Shown one piece after another: positions 9,845 through 20,209 of a stretch of 64,000 nt of DNA. The notes under the pieces are model-generated. The model did not search any database, was not told the origin of the DNA, and worked only from the letters and a program-made list of their open reading frames with translations. The stretch lies in the NCBI GenBank assembly GCA_963841915.1, contig CAWJEN010000001.1:1-64000 (forward strand). The letters run 5' to 3'. The position numbers and the translations under genes are program-made. Position 1 is the first letter of the stretch; every line of letters starts with the position of its first letter. This DNA is from an uncultured Planctomycetota bacterium (GTDB lineage: Bacteria; Planctomycetota; Phycisphaerae; Tepidisphaerales; Tepidisphaeraceae).

Positions 9845-11311
9845 ATGCCAGACACTGCCAGCGTAACTGTCGCCCACGGCGACGGCGTCGGACCTGAGAT
9901 CATGAAGGCCACGCTCCGCGTCCTCGAGGCAGGAGGAGCTGACCTCTCATACGAGACGGTCAAGATCGGGCAGACCGTCTACGAGTCCGGCGTGACCAGC
10001 GGCATTGGGCCAGAGGTCTGGGAGTCGCTGCGCCGCACGAAATGCTTTCTCAAGGCACCGATCACGACGCCGCAGGGGGGCGGGTACAAGTCGCTCAACG
10101 TCACCACGCGAAAGACGCTGGGCCTCTTTGCTAATGTTCGACCTTCCGCGTCGTACGCCCCTTTTGTTCGCTCGAAGCACCCGGGCATGGACCTTGTCAT
10201 CGTCCGCGAGAACGAGGAGGACACGTACGCCGGCATCGAGCACCGCCAGAGCGATGAAGTCGCCCAGTGCCTCAAGCTCATCAGCCGCCCGGGAAGTGAA
10301 CGGATCGTTCGATATGCCTTCGACTACGCCGTGGCCAACGGGCGTCGGAAGGTGACGTGCATGACGAAAGATAACATCATGAAGATGACGGACGGCCTGT
10401 TCCGCAGCGTCTTCGAGGAACTCGCCGCCGAGTACAAGGACTCGCACGGCATCGAGAGCGACCACCTCATCATCGACATCGGCACCGCCCGCATGGCTGA
10501 CTCGCCCGAGCGATTTGACGTCGTTGTCACGCCCAACCTGTACGGTGACATTCTTAGCGATGTTGCCGCGCAAGTCGCAGGCAGCGTGGGACTTGCCCCG
10601 TCGAGCAACATCGGCAAGAGCTGCGCGATGTTCGAAGCCATTCACGGCAGCGCGCCCGACATCGCCGGCCAAGGCATTGCCAACCCGAGTGGCCTGCTGC
10701 TGGCGGGTGTCATGATGCTCCGTCACCTCGGCCAGGGCGATGTCGCGGCCAGGATTCACAATGCTTGGCTGACGGCCGTCGAAGAGGGCATTCGCACCGG
10801 CGACATGCATCCCGAACACGAGGGCGACTCGCCGGCTCTGGGCACGAGCGACTTCACCGGCGCCGTCATCGAACGCCTCGGCCGCACTCCCAATCGCCTG
10901 CCGACGGTCGAGGCGACAGGTGCCGCGGCCATTGAGATTCCGCCGCTGAAGGAGCGTCCGCGTGCCAAGAAGGAACTCGTGGGCGTCGACGTTTTCCTCC
11001 ACTGGGACGAAGATGATCGCAACCCGGACGTTGTCGCGGCGAAGCTGCAAGCCGCCGCAGAGCCGACGCCGATGCGGCTGCGGATCGTCACGAACCGCGG
11101 CGTCAAGGTTTGGCCCGAAGGGGCACCCGAGACGTTCTGCACAGACCACTGGCGGTGCCGATTCACCCAGCCCGACGGCGACACGATCAAGCCGACCGAC
11201 GTGCTCGACCTGTGTCGCTCCATCAGCGACAACGGGCTCGACTTCATTAAGACCGAGCACCTCTACCGTTTCGACGGCAAGCCCGGTTACGCGCTTGGTC
11301 AAGGTGAGTGA
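9845..11311 (+). CDS. icd: NADP-dependent isocitrate dehydrogenase
   Basis: GDGVGPEI, KAPITTPQGGGYKSLNV, NLYGDILSD, FEAIHGSAPDIAG, C-terminal extension ending GQGE. Confidence 0.93.
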   Translation: MPDTASVTVAHGDGVGPEIMKATLRVLEAGGADLSYETVKIGQTVYESGVTSGIGPEVWESLRRTKCFLKAPITTPQGGGYKSLNVTTRKTLGLFANVRPSASYAPFVRSKHPGMDLVIVRENEEDTYAGIEHRQSDEVAQCLKLISRPGSERIVRYAFDYAVANGRRKVTCMTKDNIMKMTDGLFRSVFEELAAEYKDSHGIESDHLIIDIGTARMADSPERFDVVVTPNLYGDILSDVAAQVAGSVGLAPSSNIGKSCAMFEAIHGSAPDIAGQGIANPSGLLLAGVMMLRHLGQGDVAARIHNAWLTAVEEGIRTGDMHPEHEGDSPALGTSDFTGAVIERLGRTPNRLPTVEATGAAAIEIPPLKERPRAKKELVGVDVFLHWDEDDRNPDVVAAKLQAAAEPTPMRLRIVTNRGVKVWPEGAPETFCTDHWRCRFTQPDGDTIKPTDVLDLCRSISDNGLDFIKTEHLYRFDGKPGYALGQGE

Positions 11312-11320
11312 GCGACCCGC

Positions 11321-12160
11321 TCACCACATGTCGTCGCTGGCGCGTTGCATGTAGGCAAAGAAGCACATTCGCTCGACGCCGCCCGTCGTGCCGCGGAGGC
11401 TGAAGAGCTTGAAGTACCAGGTGCACTCGGACTCGGGTGGCGGAGTGGGGTCGAGGTCGTCGTCATCTAGCGACTCCGGAGCGGACGCCTTGCCGACTAC
11501 GTCGGCGACGGGCAGCCCCATCAGGTTGCCGCACAGGTGCAGAATGTTCATCTCGTCGGCCGCCAGCGTCGACAGCAGGAACAGCTTGTGGTCGCGAATC
11601 GTGTCCCGAAGGTACCACGCAGCCGGGTCGGACTGCAGGGCGTCGAGAGCTTCGAGATATGCCTGACTCTCCTCGTCCTGCCGCCAGCCAAGGTCTTGGG
11701 ATTCGTCTTCACGCCGTTGGTCAAGGGCGACCGTCACATGGGCCTTGTACCGCTCGTAGAAGGTTTCGACCTCGTCACCGGCCAGCCAGCGGACGATCAT
11801 CGTCTCACCAGGCCGCCGGTACACGTGGTAATCACCCGTCGTCTGCCGCGGCTGACGCAGTGGATGCTCTAGTAGCTCCTTAGCATCATTGACGGCATTC
11901 ATCGGCAGGATCGGGCCGCTCTTTTCCTGCTTCTGCTTCTCAAGCGTCGCAAACGACCGCTGCACCGTACGGGCAACGTCGCCATCAAGGCCCAGCAGGC
12001 ACGCTCCGAACTTTCGCGGCCCTTCGAAAACCGCTGCGAGCTCGCCGTGGATGCGGATTTCTTCAAGTAGCTCTCGCGCCCGCTGCTGAGGATCGGTTGC
12101 TTTCGTGTCGCCGGGCTGTTCCTCGTCGAACATGTCGTCGTCGTCAAAAGCGGCCGCCAT
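11321..12160 (-). CDS. Hypothetical acidic protein
   Basis: 279-aa ORF filling the gap, protein-like composition; no motif recognised. Confidence 0.7.
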   Translation of the reverse strand: MAAAFDDDDMFDEEQPGDTKATDPQQRARELLEEIRIHGELAAVFEGPRKFGACLLGLDGDVARTVQRSFATLEKQKQEKSGPILPMNAVNDAKELLEHPLRQPRQTTGDYHVYRRPGETMIVRWLAGDEVETFYERYKAHVTVALDQRREDESQDLGWRQDEESQAYLEALDALQSDPAAWYLRDTIRDHKLFLLSTLAADEMNILHLCGNLMGLPVADVVGKASAPESLDDDDLDPTPPPESECTWYFKLFSLRGTTGGVERMCFFAYMQRASDDMW

Positions 12161-12236
12161 GTGTCGAGCCTACGGCGGCATGGTCGGCTGGTTTCGCCCC
12201 TTGTCAGATGCAGCCGGTTGCTGCTCAATGCGGCTC

Positions 12237-12935
12237 ATGTCGCAGCCGAGCAAGACCGCCACGATGGTTCGAGTGAGCCACTACGCCCTCCTGAGCGGGT
12301 TGTGCCAGTTCATCCCGGTGCCGTTTCTGGATGACGCGATCGACCTTCAGCTTCGCCGCCGAATGGTTGCCGGAATAGTCAAGGATCGACGGGAGTACGA
12401 CGTGGACAAGCTCAAACGCCTGTGGCGTGGTCCGAGTCGAAGCGTTGCCGGGCGGGCGTGGTCGATCGGCAAGGGGTTGCTCCTCAAACCGGTCAAGAAG
12501 CTGCTTCGTACGGTATTTTTCGTCGTGACGATCCGGCGAGCATTCATAGAAACGGCCGAGATGCTGCTGATGGGACACACGCTCGATCGGCTGATGAACC
12601 AGGATTGGCTTCAGGCTGAAGAGAACGACGCCGAGCTGGAGCGACAGTCAATTGCCATTGCCGACGCTGTAGAGGCGGCAGTCGAAGCGCCTGAACGCCG
12701 CGGGCTGATGCAGCTCATACGCGCGACCGTTCGGCGATCTAGGCCGGACTTCGATGATACTGCCGACGAGACGAAGGATGCGGTACAGACACCCGAGGAC
12801 GGCCTCAGCGAAGCGGGGCGGCGGCGGCTCGACGAAGCATCGGATGACCTGGGACGGCGTCTGGCGAAAGACGAGTCCGACGTCTTCGGACAGCTCGACC
12901 GTTACATCGATCAGAAGCTGAACAACGCAATTTGA
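12237..12935 (+). CDS. Hypothetical protein
   Basis: Open frame divergent from the previous gene; IPVPFLDD segment; start uncertain. Confidence 0.6.
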   Translation: MSQPSKTATMVRVSHYALLSGLCQFIPVPFLDDAIDLQLRRRMVAGIVKDRREYDVDKLKRLWRGPSRSVAGRAWSIGKGLLLKPVKKLLRTVFFVVTIRRAFIETAEMLLMGHTLDRLMNQDWLQAEENDAELERQSIAIADAVEAAVEAPERRGLMQLIRATVRRSRPDFDDTADETKDAVQTPEDGLSEAGRRRLDEASDDLGRRLAKDESDVFGQLDRYIDQKLNNAI

Positions 12936-12942
12936 TCGGCGA

Positions 12943-13416
12943 TCACGACGCTTCGGCAGCATCGGCGGCGGCCGAACCCTTCACCGCCTGAAGATCGAAT
13001 ATCGAGTCGAGCCGCGCAATGTGAAGCAGACCGGCCACCCGCGGCTGAAGATTCAGCAGGCGGACCTTGTAGTCGACGGCCGACTGCTCCGTGCCGTCCG
13101 AAGAATCCATGGCGGCTGCGGGCTTGCCTCCGTTCCCTTGACGAACGGCCTTCAGCAACTCGACCAGAACCGCAATGGCCGACGAATCCATATAAGGCAC
13201 GCCCGCCAGATCAAGCTCGACCCGCTCCGGTTCATGCCGCTTGGCCAGATCGAGCAAGTCGTCACGGAGCGTCGGGGAGTTCCGCAGATCGACTTCACCT
13301 TCGACGCTGATTCGCAGAACGCCGCCGTCGAACGACGCCTCGCGGACGAGCGGGCTTTCGGTGTCGAGCGACTTGGGCATAAGCGGGACGTTAGGAGGGC
13401 GGCGGGGCAATTGCAT
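12943..13416 (-). CDS. STAS-domain anti-sigma factor antagonist
   Basis: GEVD...P.LR..L, LDLAGVPYMDSS, L.IARLDSIF; start overlaps the upstream stop (TGATG). Confidence 0.85.
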   Translation of the reverse strand: MQLPRRPPNVPLMPKSLDTESPLVREASFDGGVLRISVEGEVDLRNSPTLRDDLLDLAKRHEPERVELDLAGVPYMDSSAIAVLVELLKAVRQGNGGKPAAAMDSSDGTEQSAVDYKVRLLNLQPRVAGLLHIARLDSIFDLQAVKGSAAADAAEAS

Positions 13417-15066
13417 CAACCGAGCTTGTCGGCCTCTTCCAGCGTCGTTTCACCCGCAACCGCAAAGTCTGCTGCGACGGCCTTGAGCTTCTTGTAGTTC
13501 GTTGTTCGCAATGCCGCGTGCAGCGACGCTGCGTCTGCACCGCTCAGTACGGCGTCCCGCACCTTCTCCGTCACGTGCATGACCTCGAAGACAGCCTGCC
13601 TGCCGAGGAAGCCGGTGTGCAAGCACTTGGAACAACCACCAGCGTCGTAGAGCGTCGTGACCTTGGCGGCCGCGTCTTCACCGGCAAGGTCCTCCAACAT
13701 GCGACGGTCGCTGTCGGTCACCGCCCGCTTTTTGCGACAGTGCGGGCAAAGACGACGGACCAGTCTCTGAGCAATGACCGCAGTCAGGCCGCTGGCCACC
13801 TGGTAAGGCTCGACGCCGAGATCGAGCAGCCGAAACACCGCCCCGACACTGTCACGGCTGTGGACCGTGGAGAAGACGAGGTGGCCGGTCATCGACGCCT
13901 GCGCCGCCGCAACGGCGGTGTCGTTGTCACGAACTTCGCCGACAAGCACAACGTCCGGGTCCTGCCGTAGCACACTCCGCAGCAATGCGGCAAAGGTGTT
14001 GCCACGCTCCTCATTGACCGGCTGCTGCGTGATGCCGTCGAGGCGGATCTCGACCGGATCTTCGATGGTGACGACGTTGCGTTCCTTGGCGTCGATGGAG
14101 CGGAGGATGCTGTAGAGCGTCGACGACTTGCCGCTACCCGTCGGGCCGCAGACCAAGGATCATGCCTTCGTTTCTGCGGGTAAGCCGGTCGAGCGTCTCG
14201 AACTCGGTTTCACCCAGACCAAGATCCCACAGATACTGCGGTGCATTTGCCGTATCGAGCACGCGGACGACGAGCTTCTGGCCGTAGAGGCCGGGCGTGA
14301 AGGAGACGCGGTAGTCGACCCGCCGATCCGGCACTTTGCAGGCGAAGGAACCTTCCTGGACCTGCGAATTCCTGGCCATGTCGATGTCGCTGAGCACCTT
14401 AATCAGCGTCGCGAGCTTGAGCCCTGCCGCCTTGGTCAGCTTGGCCAGGTCGGTCATCGTGCCGTCGACGCGGACGCGCAGCACGTAGCCGTCACTGCCG
14501 GGTTCGAGGTGGACGTCGCTGGCACCGGTACGGAAACAGACGAGCAGCACAAGCCGGAGCAGGGTGACAGCCTCGCTCGGCGGGCCGTCGGCCTTGCTCT
14601 TCTTGTCTTCATCGCTGAGCAGCACGCGTTGGCCGCGAGAGTTGTGTAGCTGCAGATCGGTCGGCTTGACGTTGCGGTCGGGCAGTTCACCGGCGAGCTT
14701 GGCCAGATCCTTCAACCCGGTGCCGGCGACCATCTCCTTATGCCCGACGTTTTCGAGCTTTGCGTTCTTGTTTTCCTTCGACGCGTCAATGAGAAGCTTG
14801 GTGTTGCCGACGCTGACCGTGTCGCCGTTCTTGAGGCGTTTGCCCTTATCGTTGATCTTCTCGCCATTTACGAAGGTGCCGTTACGACTGCCCAGATCTC
14901 GCACGCCCAGTAGGCCGCGACGGAATTCGATCGCGGCGTGGAAGCGACTGACGTTGTGGTCCTTGAGGACAAGCACGTTGCCGACCTGGCGGCCGATGGT
15001 GACGCCGCTGTCGGGGATTGTCAGCGTCGCGGCTCTTCCTTGATCTTCGTAACTCAGGGTCGGCAT
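13416..15066 (-). pseudogene. FHA domain-GspE/PilB-type secretion ATPase split by a 1-nt frameshift (pseudogene or sequence error)
   Basis: FHA motifs IGR, VSRFHA, DLGSRNGT; ASDVHLEP; DYRVS; then in another frame VCGPTGSGKS, TIEDPVE, RQDPD, GEVRD, TGHLVFST and two CxxC; frame changes near 14155. Confidence 0.85.
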
Positions 15067-15225
15067 GTACAGGCACTTTACAACGGCTCGTCGCCAATGC
15101 GTGATTCTACAAAAGGAGGGCGTTGCTGCTTGGCGACGCAGCCGGACTGTCGGTGGACATGAAGGTCCGTCTGGCTTCGCCTGAGCATGCCGACTTTGTC
15201 AGGCGGCTCGCTACAGTCGCCGCTC

Positions 15226-16497
15226 ATGATCGACCTGAAGGCGCTGCGTGACAACCCCGACCGCTTCCGCGAAGGTGCACGCCTCAAGAATGCGGACGCG
15301 TCGGCCATCGATCGTGCCCTTGATGCAGACCGTCGTCGCATCGAGGCACAGCGCGAGCACGACGAGCTCAAGGCGACGCAGAACACAGCCGGTAAAGAGA
15401 TCGGCAAGCTGCCACCGGCCGAAAAGGCCGCGGCCGTGGCGAAGCTGGGCGAGCTCAAAGCGGGCGTGAAAGCTGCCGATGAGCGGATGAAGACTGCCGC
15501 CGTTGAGCTGGCCGACGCCGCGTTGCTGATTCCGCTTCCGGCCGATGACGACGTGCCGCGGGGCAAGAGCGACGCCGAGAATGTAGTTGTCCGCACCCAC
15601 GGTGAGCCGCGGACGTTTGACTTCGAGTTCAAGGACCACATCACGCTGTGCAAAGACCTGGGCCTCTGCGACTTCGAAGCAGGTGTCAAGCTTGCTGGTA
15701 GCCGCAGCTATGTGCTGACTGGCATGGGCACGGTCCTGCACAACGCGGTCTTGCGATATGCCCTCGACATGATGGTCGGCCACGGCTTTACGGCAGCGAC
15801 GGTGCCCGTCCTTGTCCGCGAGGAGGCGCTCATCGGCACCGGCTTCTTCCCAGCCGGCCGTGAGCAGGTCTACAGCGTTGAGGTCGACAACCTGCACCTC
15901 GTCGGCACCGGCGAGGTCGGGTTGACGGGTTTGCACATGAACCAGACGCTTGACGCGTCGAAACTGCCGTTGAAGTACACGACCGTCAGCACCTGCTTCC
16001 GCCGCGAGGCCGGTACCTACGGCAAGGACACGGCAGGGCTGTACCGCGTCCACCAGTTCGACAAGTGCGAGCAGGTCGTCATCTGCCGCGCCGACGAGGC
16101 CGAGAGCCGCCAGTGGCACCAGACGATGCTCGGTTACAGCGAATCGCTGCTGCAGGCGCTCGGGCTGCCGTATCGCGTCATCGACGTTTGCACCGGCGAC
16201 CTTGGTGTCAAAAACGCGGCGATGTACGACATCGAGACCTGGATGCCGTCACGCGACGGCTACGGCGAGACGCACTCGGCGAGCCGCCTCTACGACTACC
16301 AAGCCCGCCGGTTGAACCTGCGATACAGAGACGAGGACGGCACGACGAAGTTCTGCCACACGCTCAACAACACTGTCGTGGCCAACCCGCGGATCCTCAT
16401 CCCGATTCTGGAGAATTGCCAGAACGCTGACGGCACGATCACCATCCCTGAGGTACTGCGGCCTCACTGCGGCGGCATCGAGACGATCGGCGGCTGA
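15226..16497 (+). CDS. serS: Seryl-tRNA synthetase
   Basis: MIDLKALR coiled-coil start, CFRREAG, RVHQFDK, SRLYDYQARR, HTLNNT. Confidence 0.96.
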   Translation: MIDLKALRDNPDRFREGARLKNADASAIDRALDADRRRIEAQREHDELKATQNTAGKEIGKLPPAEKAAAVAKLGELKAGVKAADERMKTAAVELADAALLIPLPADDDVPRGKSDAENVVVRTHGEPRTFDFEFKDHITLCKDLGLCDFEAGVKLAGSRSYVLTGMGTVLHNAVLRYALDMMVGHGFTAATVPVLVREEALIGTGFFPAGREQVYSVEVDNLHLVGTGEVGLTGLHMNQTLDASKLPLKYTTVSTCFRREAGTYGKDTAGLYRVHQFDKCEQVVICRADEAESRQWHQTMLGYSESLLQALGLPYRVIDVCTGDLGVKNAAMYDIETWMPSRDGYGETHSASRLYDYQARRLNLRYRDEDGTTKFCHTLNNTVVANPRILIPILENCQNADGTITIPEVLRPHCGGIETIGG

Positions 16498-16527
16498 CGC
16501 GGCACGCAATTTGCGAAGTGTTCCGGT

Positions 16528-16818
16528 ATGTCTCAGAGCAGCGACCAGACGACTGATCATAACACGATCAAAAAGTGGGCCGAACAACGCGGCGGCAAGC
16601 CGGCCGCCGTCAGCGGGACCGGTAATAGCAAGAGCGACGACGGCGTCATCCGCCTGATGTTCCCCGACAGCGAGCACTCGGAGGACGACAACCTCGAGGA
16701 GATCAGCTGGGACGACTGGTTCGAGAAGTTTGAGGAGTCGAAGCTCGCCCTGATCTATCAAGAGAAGACAGCAGACGGCAAGGAGAGCAGCTTCAACAAG
16801 CTTGTCAGCCGCGACTGA
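16528..16818 (+). CDS. Small acidic conserved hypothetical protein
   Basis: TTDH.TIKKWAEQRGGKPA and EEISWDDWFEKFE patterns of a widespread small-protein family. Confidence 0.75.
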   Translation: MSQSSDQTTDHNTIKKWAEQRGGKPAAVSGTGNSKSDDGVIRLMFPDSEHSEDDNLEEISWDDWFEKFEESKLALIYQEKTADGKESSFNKLVSRD

Positions 16819-16855
16819 CGCTCCCTTTAGCTCCAACCGGTCGATACACTCTGTT

Positions 16856-17647
16856 GTGCCGGCACGGTCACGCAAATCCCAAAGGCTGGGCTGGCTCGTG
16901 GCCAGCCTGGCTTCTGTTGCTGTCCACGTGATCTTCTTCGGCTTTGCCGGCTGGTCAGACCGCGTCTCTATTGCCGCGACCGAACCTAGTGATGATGTGG
17001 CTGTCGTGACACTGCTGCAGCAACCACCGGTACGACCGCCGGATCTGCGGGTCGGCACTCCCGGCGAGGGCGATGCCTTCTTGCGCCGTGATGCCTTGCA
17101 GGATGTTCAAGCCCAGCTCGAAGGGCGGCCGCAACCGCAACTGCGTACAGAGGCAATCGCTTCACCGCCGCCCGCGCCACCGGCGTCGATGGCGGAGGCT
17201 CTATCAACACCCGACGTCTTGCCCGAAGGTGAGTCAGCCCGGCAGCTTGCAGACGCATTGTCACCGCCAAGTCCGGCTGTTCCGTCTGTCGACGAATCCG
17301 CACCGAGTTCGGATGATCGCGACTCGCCCGCTGTTTCAAAAGAGCCGATCGCGACGGTCGACTTCCGCACCGGTCGCACCATCTCCGGCGGCAAACTCGA
17401 CTTCAAGCCGCACTTTGATCGCGCAAGCCTTGGTGCATTTGTCGATCTCGGATCCGGCTTTCATGGCTCACGCGTCACGCTCGACGTCACGATCGACGCC
17501 ACCGGGACACCGACGTTGGTGACCGTCCGTGACAGCAGCGGAAGCAATGCAGTCGATCAATTCGTAACGCGCTCGCTGTTTCGCTGGTGGTTCAACCCTG
17601 AACAAGCAGAACCTGGTAAGCCATTTCCGTTCAGCGTCCGCGTGTGA
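16856..17647 (+). CDS. TonB-like energy transducer (TM anchor, Pro-rich linker, TonB C-terminal domain)
   Basis: S.AVH TM motif, Pro-rich linker, V.L.VTIDATG...SSG...D...W.F.P. Confidence 0.7.
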   Translation: MPARSRKSQRLGWLVASLASVAVHVIFFGFAGWSDRVSIAATEPSDDVAVVTLLQQPPVRPPDLRVGTPGEGDAFLRRDALQDVQAQLEGRPQPQLRTEAIASPPPAPPASMAEALSTPDVLPEGESARQLADALSPPSPAVPSVDESAPSSDDRDSPAVSKEPIATVDFRTGRTISGGKLDFKPHFDRASLGAFVDLGSGFHGSRVTLDVTIDATGTPTLVTVRDSSGSNAVDQFVTRSLFRWWFNPEQAEPGKPFPFSVRV

Positions 17648-17664
17648 AGGCGTAAGCTGGCATC

Positions 17665-18813
17665 TTGGAGCTCGTCTACCTCGACAACAACGCTACCACG
17701 AGGCTCGACCCGAAGGTTGTCGAGGCGATGCTGCCGTATCTGACGGAGCAATTCGGCAATCCCAGCAGCGTTCACCGACTGGGCCAGCACGCTCGTGCCG
17801 CAATTGATGAGGCACGCGAGCAGGTTGCAAACTTCGTCGGCTGTCGCGACCGCGAACTCACCTTCACCGGGAGCGGCACCGAGGCCAGCAACACCGCGAT
17901 CCGCGGCCTCGTCAACAGCCGCAAACGACCGAAGGTCGTGACATCGGCTGTCGAACACGATGCAACCGCTGAGGTCGTATCGCAACTGTCCGCAGCTGGT
18001 GTCGAGTCGGTGCAGGTGCCTGTCGATAGTGCTGGACAACTCGACCTAGATTGCCTTCGCGAGGTCGTCGATGACTCGGTGGCGTGCGTCTCACTCATCT
18101 GGGGCAACAACGAGACGGGCGTCATTCTCGACGTTGCCACCGCGGCAGACATCTGTCGGCACGCTCGTGTGCCGCTGCATATCGACGCGACGCAGGCGGT
18201 CGGCAAGCTGCCTGTCGACCTGGCGGCAGTCGGCTGTGACGCTGCGACCTTGTCACCGCACAAGTTTCACGGCCCCAAGGGCGTCGGTCTGCTGTACCTG
18301 CGTCGCGGACTTCGAATCGAACCGCTCATCTTGGGCGGCCCGCAGGAACGCGACCGACGCGGCGGAACGGAGAACGTGGCGGGCATTGTCGGCACTGGCA
18401 TCGCTGCCACACTCGCCGCCGAGCATCTTGAAGACATGCCACGTGTCCAGGCCATGCGGGACCGACTCGAGACGCGTCTGCTCGATGCCATTCCAGTTAC
18501 CCGTATCAACGGCTGCCGAGCCCCGCGTTTGCCGAATACGACCAACGTCGCTTTCGAAGGCCTGCATGCGGAGGCGATCTTGCTGATGCTCAGCGAGCAA
18601 GGCATCTGTGCTAGCGCCGGCGCTGCATGCAGCAGCGGCTCTCTCGACCCGAGCCGAGTCCTGCTGGCTATGGGCATCGAGGACACTTGGGCGTTCGGCA
18701 GCATTCGCCTGAGTCTGTCGCGCCAGTCAACCGATGCCGAGATCGATAAGCTGTGCGACGCGCTGCCCCCGATTGTTGATCGACTTCGTCAGGTGTTGCC
18801 TACTGCTTTTTGA
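17665..18813 (+). CDS. Cysteine desulfurase (IscS/NifS family)
   Basis: YLDNNATT, GNPSS, SGTE, NNETG, HKFHGPKG, GAACSSG. Confidence 0.93.
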   Translation: MELVYLDNNATTRLDPKVVEAMLPYLTEQFGNPSSVHRLGQHARAAIDEAREQVANFVGCRDRELTFTGSGTEASNTAIRGLVNSRKRPKVVTSAVEHDATAEVVSQLSAAGVESVQVPVDSAGQLDLDCLREVVDDSVACVSLIWGNNETGVILDVATAADICRHARVPLHIDATQAVGKLPVDLAAVGCDAATLSPHKFHGPKGVGLLYLRRGLRIEPLILGGPQERDRRGGTENVAGIVGTGIAATLAAEHLEDMPRVQAMRDRLETRLLDAIPVTRINGCRAPRLPNTTNVAFEGLHAEAILLMLSEQGICASAGAACSSGSLDPSRVLLAMGIEDTWAFGSIRLSLSRQSTDAEIDKLCDALPPIVDRLRQVLPTAF

Positions 18814-18821
18814 GCGGAGCA

Positions 18822-19001
18822 CTAGGCGGTTCGCCATTGGAGTAGCTGCCGCATGAGCCAAAGGCATCCGCTTCGGTAACTGTCGCCGAAGAGCACAAGA
18901 TGGTTGAGGTGGTGGTGTAGCTCGTAGACGCCCACTCGCTCCGGGCTCAAGCGGCCAGAGATGTTGTGCGTTGAGTTGAAGGCCTCGCCGAGTCTGCCCA
19001 T
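18822..19001 (-). pseudogene. C-terminal remnant resembling the fructosamine kinase family
   Basis: Manual translation ERVGVYELHHHLNHLVLFGDSYRSGC resembles the R..LY.LYH.LNH..LFG..Y terminus. Confidence 0.5.
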
Positions 19002-19119
19002 CTAACGAAGAGTGCCGAGATCTGCTTCACGATCAGCCCGGTACGCAGCCGGATCGAAGTGGCGGGTTAACCGTTGACTCTCGCGATACAGCCAGGGCAG
19101 AGGTCGCCGTGTATCGGGC

Positions 19120-19325
19120 AAGGCTACGTGCTGCACCTGTCGACGAAGGTCGGCGTCGAGCAGGTGGTCGCCCCAGTCGCCGGCTCAACGGCAGCGTCGA
19201 GGTATGCCCACTCGTAGTTGATCTGCCTGACGGCCCTCGGACGTGTGCCCCCTTGGCCCACACCCGCGTCAACGTTTCCTTCTGGCCGAAGAGGACTTCG
19301 TCGAAGAAGAAGGCCTGCAGCCGGC
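19120..19325 (-). mobile_element. IS630-family transposase remnant
   Basis: FFDEVLFGQK.TLTRVWAKG, then frameshifted RPRAVRQINYEWAYLDAAVEPATG. Confidence 0.7.
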
Positions 19326-19879
19326 AGTGGACACCGTTGAGGGTGTGACCAACGCCGCACTTGGCATCGAAATTGGCAGCGACGTCACATCCCCGCAGCG
19401 TGCTGACTCCATCGGCATCGGTCGGCCCGGCATCGGACGGAGCAGAAGCCGCACGGCAAGCCGTGTTTCGCACCTTCTCTACCGCGAGCGCGGGCGTTCA
19501 CCAAGATGGACGTAGTATGTCCGAGCCGCACTTTAGCGGAAGAATTTTGCCGCTTACTTCTCAAGCGTTTTGAGGCGATCCGCTATCCGTGACTTAGGGT
19601 CGCTCGGGACACAGTGGCCGGCAAATACCTTCACGTTCCACTCAGTCACTGCGCCTGCCTCGTGATACGGCGAGGCAAGAGGTCCATCGGCTATCGCCCC
19701 GACACGACGGTGACCTGCTCCTCTTAAGGTTGCCCAGTCCGTTAGGAGCAAAGGATCATGGACTGGCATCGTTGAGAGTTGCCCAAGCTGCTGTGCGGAC
19801 GACTGTGGTTGTACTCCAGCCGCCACAACGTCGTTAGCTCGCGGGCCTAGCGCCCGTCCTCGAACACCTCGGCGTCGAG

Positions 19880-20209
19880 TTGTACGTCCCTGAGCTTGCC
19901 GCTGAAGCTCTCCAGAACGGTCGTTCTAATAAGGGCTCGCCGACTCGCCGTACAGGCTACTACGGGCTCATCGAGAACGTCGACTACACTCTGGGGCGGA
20001 TCCGCCAGCATCTCGAGACGCTGGGCATCACCGGCAGTACCTACCTCATCTACTTCTCCGACCACGGCGACCACCACAGCAGCCACGGGCCTTTCCGCAA
20101 GCTCACGCCGTACGCCGAGTCGATCGACGTGCCGTTCATCATCGGTGGGCCGTGTAACAACCATTCTCGCCTTCAGCGCATAGTCGACGCGCGGCCGACG
20201 CGAGGATAA
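19880..20209 (+). pseudogene. Internal sulfatase fragment
   Basis: YYGLIENVD..LGRI...L..LG.....IYFSDHGD...H....K.TPY.ESI.VPFII; N-terminus missing. Confidence 0.7.

Noticed and set aside
14150..14160. Programmed ribosomal frameshift in the FHA-GspE gene
   Set aside because: No slippery heptamer or homopolymer at the junction; a single insertion or error is simpler
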